Source of the DNA: Podarcis muralis
Lineage: Eukaryota
Reading direction: 5' to 3'
DNA length: 64,000 nucleotides
NCBI RefSeq assembly: GCF_964188315.1
Contig: NC_135656.1
Location: 122,016,001-122,080,000 of the forward strand
This document shows positions 57,534 through 64,000 of the stretch, piece after piece. The notes beneath the pieces were generated by a model. It did no database searches. It was not told where the DNA came from and saw only the letters and a list, made by a program, of their open reading frames with translations. Within the stretch, counting starts at the first letter, position 1. Each line of letters starts with the position of its first letter. The translations under genes and the position numbers were made by a program.

Positions 57534-57656
57534 CAGGCATAGGCAAACTCCAGCCTTCCAGATGTTTTGGTACTACAATTCCCATCATCCCTGACCACTG
57601 GTCCTATTAGGAATTGTAGTCCCAAACATCTGGAGGGCGGGAGTTTGCCTATGCCT
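57534..57656. mobile_element. hAT MITE inserted in a CR1 tail
   Basis: Perfect 18-bp TIRs CAGGCATAGGCAAACTCC. Confidence 0.8.
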
Positions 57657-58608
57657 GATCTAGTCCTCCAACCGTCTTGCAATGCAAGAATCTCAACTAT
57701 AGGGTTGTGTTGTAGTTTAACGTGGATTTGAAGCAGGCTCGCTTTTGTAGTAGTCACAGTAGTACGACTCCTGCAATACGTTGGCGACTAATATACACAC
57801 AATAATTACCAAAATAATTATACATTCTTTATCAATTTTCTGAGAGAAAAATACAAAACCTAGTACAAAGCCACAGAGACTTACAAACTATCCAACCTAA
57901 GATGAACTTATAATGTCTGGTTTCAATGCATTTTTCAAATGCCTAACTCAGTCTTTTGTTTTCTTTATCTTTTTAGGTAAGTTCATGAAGATACCAACAA
58001 AAGGTAAGTTCGGTGTTGTTCACAATACCAAGGGATGCTAGTGAAGTTGTAGATGGATGTTAATGAAGTTGTAGACGACAGGGTGCTGGCGTTTTGCAGG
58101 TAGCAGACTCCCAAGATAGGTTTCTGGGCTTCTTCAGCGGTCTAATCTCAAAGCCTTGATACGTATATTGATATTCACTAATAATAATTCAAACCAAGTC
58201 TTATTAGAAATAACTTAATGCACTTCTAGGTATTCAATTACCGGTAAATCAAAAATACATGTCCATTACACAGTACGTGAAATCAGACTTACTACAAAAA
58301 TTTATGCGGGGTGGGAGTTTGGGGTGGAAGGCAAGTCCATAAAGGTCAGGAAGTTGCAGATAAGGGGGAGGGCAGGAGACCACCCTAGACACAGCAGGGG
58401 GGGTGCAGAGGGGCGGGTGAGTAGGTAGGTCTAGGGAGAAGCCACAAAAGGGAGGGTATCTGAGCCTTTCTTCCTTAAAAAAGCTTTTATTGAAATGCTT
58501 TGAAATTGAAATACTTTATTGTACAACCTGTATACAGTGAGATTACACGAGAACCCCCCACTCAGCTCTCTTAGTCTTAATTCCCCTCGTTTACAGACGC
58601 ACACCTGC

Positions 58609-59180
58609 CATAGCTGTCAACTTACAGATTTGAAAATAAGGGACCAGCAGCCTCGAAAATAAGGGATCAGCAGCCAAAATAAGGGATTTTGCTTCGCTTA
58701 TGAGTTCCATCGGCCCTTCCCCGCCCGAGAGGGAGCTAGAGAGACTCTCGCCCACTCTGCCCACGAGCCCAGCATGACGTGGTTGTGGCGCCGCGGCGGC
58801 TGCTAAAGTACCACCCTTCTGCGTCCCTCCCCATCCCCTTCTCTTCCTCCTCCCTCAGGCCGCCTCCTCAGCCACCGCTGTCGCCTCCGGCTTCCCCTGG
58901 CAGCGCGGCAGAAGTCTCGCAAGAGAGGGGCTGCCTGCCCGCCCGCCGCCACCCATCTCCTCACGACGCGCCCTTGAGGGGGAAAAGGGAGAGATGGAGA
59001 CGCGGCAGCTCATGCGCGTGCTCTCTTGAGGCAGAGGACCCTGAGCCGCTGCTTCCCTCCTGAGACAGACAAGCATGAAACCCGGGAAATTTAAGGGACA
59101 TCATCAATCTGGGACAGCAGCGGGACACGGCGCTGGGATAAGGGAGTTTCCCGCCAAATAAGGGACAGTTGACAGCTATG
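58609..59180. mobile_element. hAT (Tip100-like) non-autonomous element with CpG-rich interior
   Basis: 14-bp TIR CATAGCTGTCAACT; 8-bp flanks ACACCTGC / ACACCCAC; repeated (AAA)TAAGGGA subterminal motifs. Confidence 0.75.
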
Positions 59181-59214
59181 ACACCCACCAAACCCAAAAG
59201 TCATTTGCCCTTTT

Positions 59215-59560
59215 GTTATATTTTCATTCAGCAGCCTAACAGCCCATGGATAGAAGCTGTTCTTTACCCTGTTGGTGCGACTAATAATGCTTCTATATCT
59301 TCTGCCCGAGGGCAGGAGATCAAGAAAGTGCTGGCCAGGGTGTGAATCATCCCTGAGAATTTTCCTCACTCTCCTGAGGCAACGTTCTTCCGCTATTTCA
59401 TCCAGCGGATTCACGGGACAGCCCATAATATCTTGTGCTGTATTCACCACCCTCCGTAGGCACTTCCTATCAGTTGATGTCAAACCAGCGTACCACACCG
59501 TGATGCAGTATGAAAGGACACTTTCTGTTGTTGACCGGTAGAAGGAGATCATCAAATTAT
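59215..59560 (-). mobile_element. Rex1/Babar-clade LINE 3' fragment
   Basis: FYRS..ESVLSYCITVWY...HPGQHFLDLLPSGRRYRSI.SRTNRVKNSFYPWAVRLLN. Confidence 0.8.
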
Positions 59561-60109
59561 TGAAGGTTTTATAAACAAATAAATGAGGAAAGGCGCCTTT
59601 CTATTCACAGAGTCTTTTTCAATGTTTATCGCAGTTTATCTTGTGGGGTTTTTTGGGGAGGAGAGAAAGAGGGGGGTGGTGTTGTTTCATTCTGTTGCAT
59701 AGTGTCATCACGGGGATTTGTATCATGTGGGCAGGTCCTTTACTTATATATTTGTCTTCATATCTGAGCACTCCTTCAAGGTAGAGGCTTATTGTTCCCT
59801 CTGAAGTCGGGGCAAAGAACACAAGAAGACAGAAGAAGAGACCTCTGGATCAGGCCCACGGCCCGTCTAGTCCAGCATGCTGTTCTCTCAGTGGTCCAAT
59901 GGAAATCAAGCAAGCAGGATTTGAGCACAAGAGCAACTCTCCCTTCCTTCTGCGGTTTCCAGCACAGCCATCGCGGCTGGTACCCATCAGTAGTCCTCTC
60001 TCTCTGCTTCGTGACCAAAGCTGAAGGACTCCCCCTCCACACACACTCCAATCTCTAATCATTTTCTTAGTCTTGACATCCGCCTGTGTTTCCTGCAGGG
60101 AGACATGTA

Positions 60110-60555
60110 AAACACACGCCAGCAGTGTTTCTAGCCAGCTTTGAAACAGTACAGTGATGGTACCCTGCCTGATATCAAGTGGCAAGGAGTTTCAAAGTGT
60201 CAGCTGGTGCCCTTTCCATGGAGGTGTAGGTTGCAGCCACAGCAAAGGTGGCATTTTCCCATCTCCGCCGTATTAAGCAGTTGGTCCCTTACCTTTCTCG
60301 CCCTGATCTGGCCACAGTGGTCCATGCGGCGGTCACCTCCAGGCTTGATTATTGTAACTCGCTCTACGCGGGGCTGCCCTTGAAGCTGACCCAGAAACTC
60401 CAGCAGCTGCAGAATGCCGCGGTGAGGCTCCTTATGGGGTCCTTCCCGCGGGATCACATTCATCCGGTGCTTTACCAACTGCACTGGCTCCCGGTGGAGT
60501 ACAGGGCCAGGTTTAAGGTGCTGGTTTTGACCTTTAAAGCCCTATGCGGCTTAGC
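60110..60555 (+). mobile_element. L2 LINE reverse-transcriptase C-terminal fragment
   Basis: VTSRLDYCNSLYAGLPL...LQ.LQNAAVRLL...HIHPVL.QLHWLPV..R.RFKVLVLTFKAL. Confidence 0.85.
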
Positions 60556-60776
60556 TCCCCACTTCTGCCACTGACTGTGCTGTTTGGGGGCTCATGGGAC
60601 TTGTAGTCCAAAACACTTGGAGGGCACCAGGTTGGGGAGGACTGCACGACATCGTTACAGCTAATCAACCATACTACTGAGTGTGTGGCCAGATTTAACT
60701 CTCCAATTCCACTTCTGTTAATTGGGTTTATTTTTTTATCTATTTCCCCATCATCAAGGTTTATTTACCAGTTCAG

Positions 60777-61700
<924 letters not shown>

Positions 61701-61737
61701 GTTTAGTCGTGTCCGACTGTTTCCGACCTGCGGAAAG

Positions 61738-61982
61738 ATGTCAAGTCCCGCAGGGCCGTAACTCTTGTGAAAGAGCATTCCACCAGATCGGGGCCACAGC
61801 CAAAAAAGCCCTGGCTCTGGTTGAGGCCAGCCTAACCTCCCTGTGGCCTGGGACCTCCAAGATGTTTTTGTTTGAAGACCGTAAGGTCCTCCGTGGGACA
61901 TACCAGGAGAGGCGGTCCCATAGGTACGAGGGTCCTAGGCCATGTAGGGCTTTAAAGGTTAAAAACAGCACCTTAAACCTGA
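61738..61982 (-). mobile_element. L2 LINE 3' fragment
   Basis: Minus-strand FKVLFLTFKALHGLGPSYLWDRLSWYVPRRTLRSS...RAFLAVAP.WWNAL. Confidence 0.75.
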
Positions 61983-62207
61983 TGTTAGCCATGTTCAAAT
62001 ATCTCAAGGGCTGTCACATGGAAGAGGAAAATATGGAGCAGGTTTGGGGTTTTTTAGGTAAAATCATATATACAGTGGAACCTCAACTTACGTACAGCTC
62101 TACTTACATACGATTCCAGTTACGACCTTCAGTAGGTGCTTCGACTTAGGAACTTTCCTCTAGATCCGAACAAAGGCATCCCTTCTTATTGTGGGAGCAA
62201 GTGCACC

Positions 62208-62257
<50 letters not shown>

Positions 62258-62597
62258 TGTACACCGCCTGTCTGGCTGGGTTGCCCCAGTACTTTATTTC
62301 CTTTATCCTCAACTTCCTCGTACTAAGCTTCATTGCATTGGCCCCAAAGGGTTCTAGAATTACTAAAGCCGGAGAAAGACTTTTCCCCATCTTCGTTCAC
62401 CACACCATGCATAATGCACACCTCTATCATGATTCTGACAGCGTAGACACAACAGGGAAACTCGGTGTGTAAATGACACATTATTAGGTGTGGTGTGCAG
62501 CAGGGCCGATGTTGTGGAAGATAGAGGAAGGAGGAATTTCACTGTTAATATTTACCATTTTCAGAGGAAGAAGAAAGGGTTGGTGAGATGGAGATCT

Positions 62598-62768
62598 AAA
62601 GGTAAAGGGACCCCTGACCATTAGGTCCAGTCGTGACCACCTCTGGGGTTGCGGCGCTCATCTTGCTTTATTGGCTGAGGGAGCCAGCGTATAGCTTCCG
62701 GGTCATGTGGCCAGCATGACTAAGTCGCTTCTGGTGAACCAGAGCAGCGCACGGAAACGCCGTTTACT
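62598..62768 (-). mobile_element. Sauria SINE 3' half
   Basis: AAAGGTAAAGGGACCCCTGACCATTAGGTCCAGTCGTG...GGTCATGTGGCCAGCATGAC. Confidence 0.85.
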
Positions 62769-63312
62769 CATTCCATTCCATACTCATTGCTCATTCCAGC
62801 AATTCCTGCCATTGGATTTCCCCCAGTCTGTTATATGTAACATACCATCAGTGTCGGGCACCTTACAGAGTTTTACACAGTATACAGGTGCCTGCCATCC
62901 AGTAGCTTACAGCTTGAAAAACAAGTTGGATAAGGGGGCTGGACAAATGCTATTGCTTTTAGAATAAATATAATGTATTTGTCTGTTAATCAAATAGCTT
63001 TTTAGGTTAATTATCAGTGAATTCAACCTTGGTATGGTTTAGAAAAGTATGGAATTTATGTTTCTCTGCTAGACCCCCAACCCACTTTCTTGAGGCACAT
63101 AGAAGTGTCTATTAGCTTTCCCAGGCCCATCCTGATTGGCTCTTCCCAGCTAAGCTGAATACCGTAGGTATGGTCCTCTGGAGAGAGGGTGGAGAACCTT
63201 TTTGGTTCAATGGACCAGATCTTTACTAGGTTTGCCTCTGGGGGGCAAAGTTGACAGGTGAGCAAGGCAAAGTTCCTAAGTAGCCCAATAAAAACCGCAC
63301 AAGGTAAAGGAG

Positions 63313-64000
63313 CAGGGGCGCCGACTTATAAAAAATATTGGGGGGGCCCATACCGGGGAGGGTGGACCCAACTAGGCTGGCGGGGGGCGGGCGCGGCTGG
63401 TGCAGAGAAAGCCGGAGTGGCGACTGCGCTTTGAACCCGCTGTCAGTCAGCCGGGGCTGAAAGGCAGACTTTCTCCCTCGGCTCATCGTTTGCCCGGCCG
63501 CCCGTGCGGGATCCCACCGGGGAGGCGGAGTGCTGAATGCCGTTACAGTTTTATTTTGGGCACCTCCGGTCTCCTCCTCCTGCTTTTCCCGTGCTCCATC
63601 CCCTCGGCGACTTCGCGCTTCCAGCAGAGAAGCTGCGCGCAGCTCCGGGCGGCGGATGGGAAGACCCCCTCGTGGGTTTTTCACGCCTGGAGAGCGCCGG
63701 TTCGGAGCGGGTCGCAGTCTCCGCTGGTGCCGGCCGAGCAGGAGCGCCGAAGAACCAAGAGTGGGCGGGGACGAAGGGAGACGAAGCCGGGAAGTGACGG
63801 AGGCGACAGAAGGTAGCGGTGCGCGTCACCTTCTATCCAAGGCGCGTGGAAGCGGAATGAAGCGGCTGGCAGAGAATCGCCGGGGGGGGGGGGGGCGTAA
63901 TGAGGCCGAACTAATAATTTTCTTAAATTATTGGGGGGGCAGAGCCCCCCCAAACGAATTTTTGAGGGGGCTCGGGCCCCCTCAGGCCCCATGGAGTCGG
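63313..64000. mobile_element. TIR element (Harbinger- or hAT-like) with CpG-rich interior, cut by the window edge
   Basis: Starts CAGGGGCGCCGAC; the window ends in ...GAGTCGG, the start of the expected inverted end; ATTGGGGGGGC occurs near both ends. Confidence 0.55.

Noticed and set aside
57740-58560. Possible LTR/ERV remnant (also 47595-48000)
   Set aside because: The composition is suggestive, but I could not define TG...CA ends, a TSD or a PBS.

Overview
Eukaryotic DNA from a squamate reptile, probably a lacertid lizard, judged from Sauria-type SINEs, Squam3-like SINEs and BovB, CR1, L2 and Penelope relics. Positions 1-38.5 kb hold a tandem minus-strand cluster of vomeronasal type-2 receptor (V2R, class C GPCR) genes. 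I rebuilt three complete 6-exon genes by hand (B 7258-14420, C 17233-25033, D 27968-38085). Gene A is present only as exons 1-2 and runs off the left edge, and a broken, partly inverted V2R relic lies at 3.5-6 kb. Positions 43-62 kb hold a minus-strand SCAN-KRAB-C2H2 zinc-finger gene (10 fingers, ~569 aa) and a frameshifted plus-strand C2H2 exon. Introns and spacers are dense in LINE relics, SINEs, solo LTRs and nested DNA-transposon MITEs. The main second-look items are: (1) a Tc2-like MITE family with CpG-rich palindromic cargo that twice landed in the same TA of another MITE; (2) mosaic V2R genes with breakpoints clustered in exon 6; (3) a V2R inversion junction bridged by an L1-like tail; (4) a frame conflict at the exon 1/2 junction of genes B and C that needs a shifted splice site; (5) a conserved GC-AG intron 5; (6) a 1.19-kb non-autonomous L1-like retroposon. 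All coordinates were read by eye, no database search was run, and TE family names come from motif recall.
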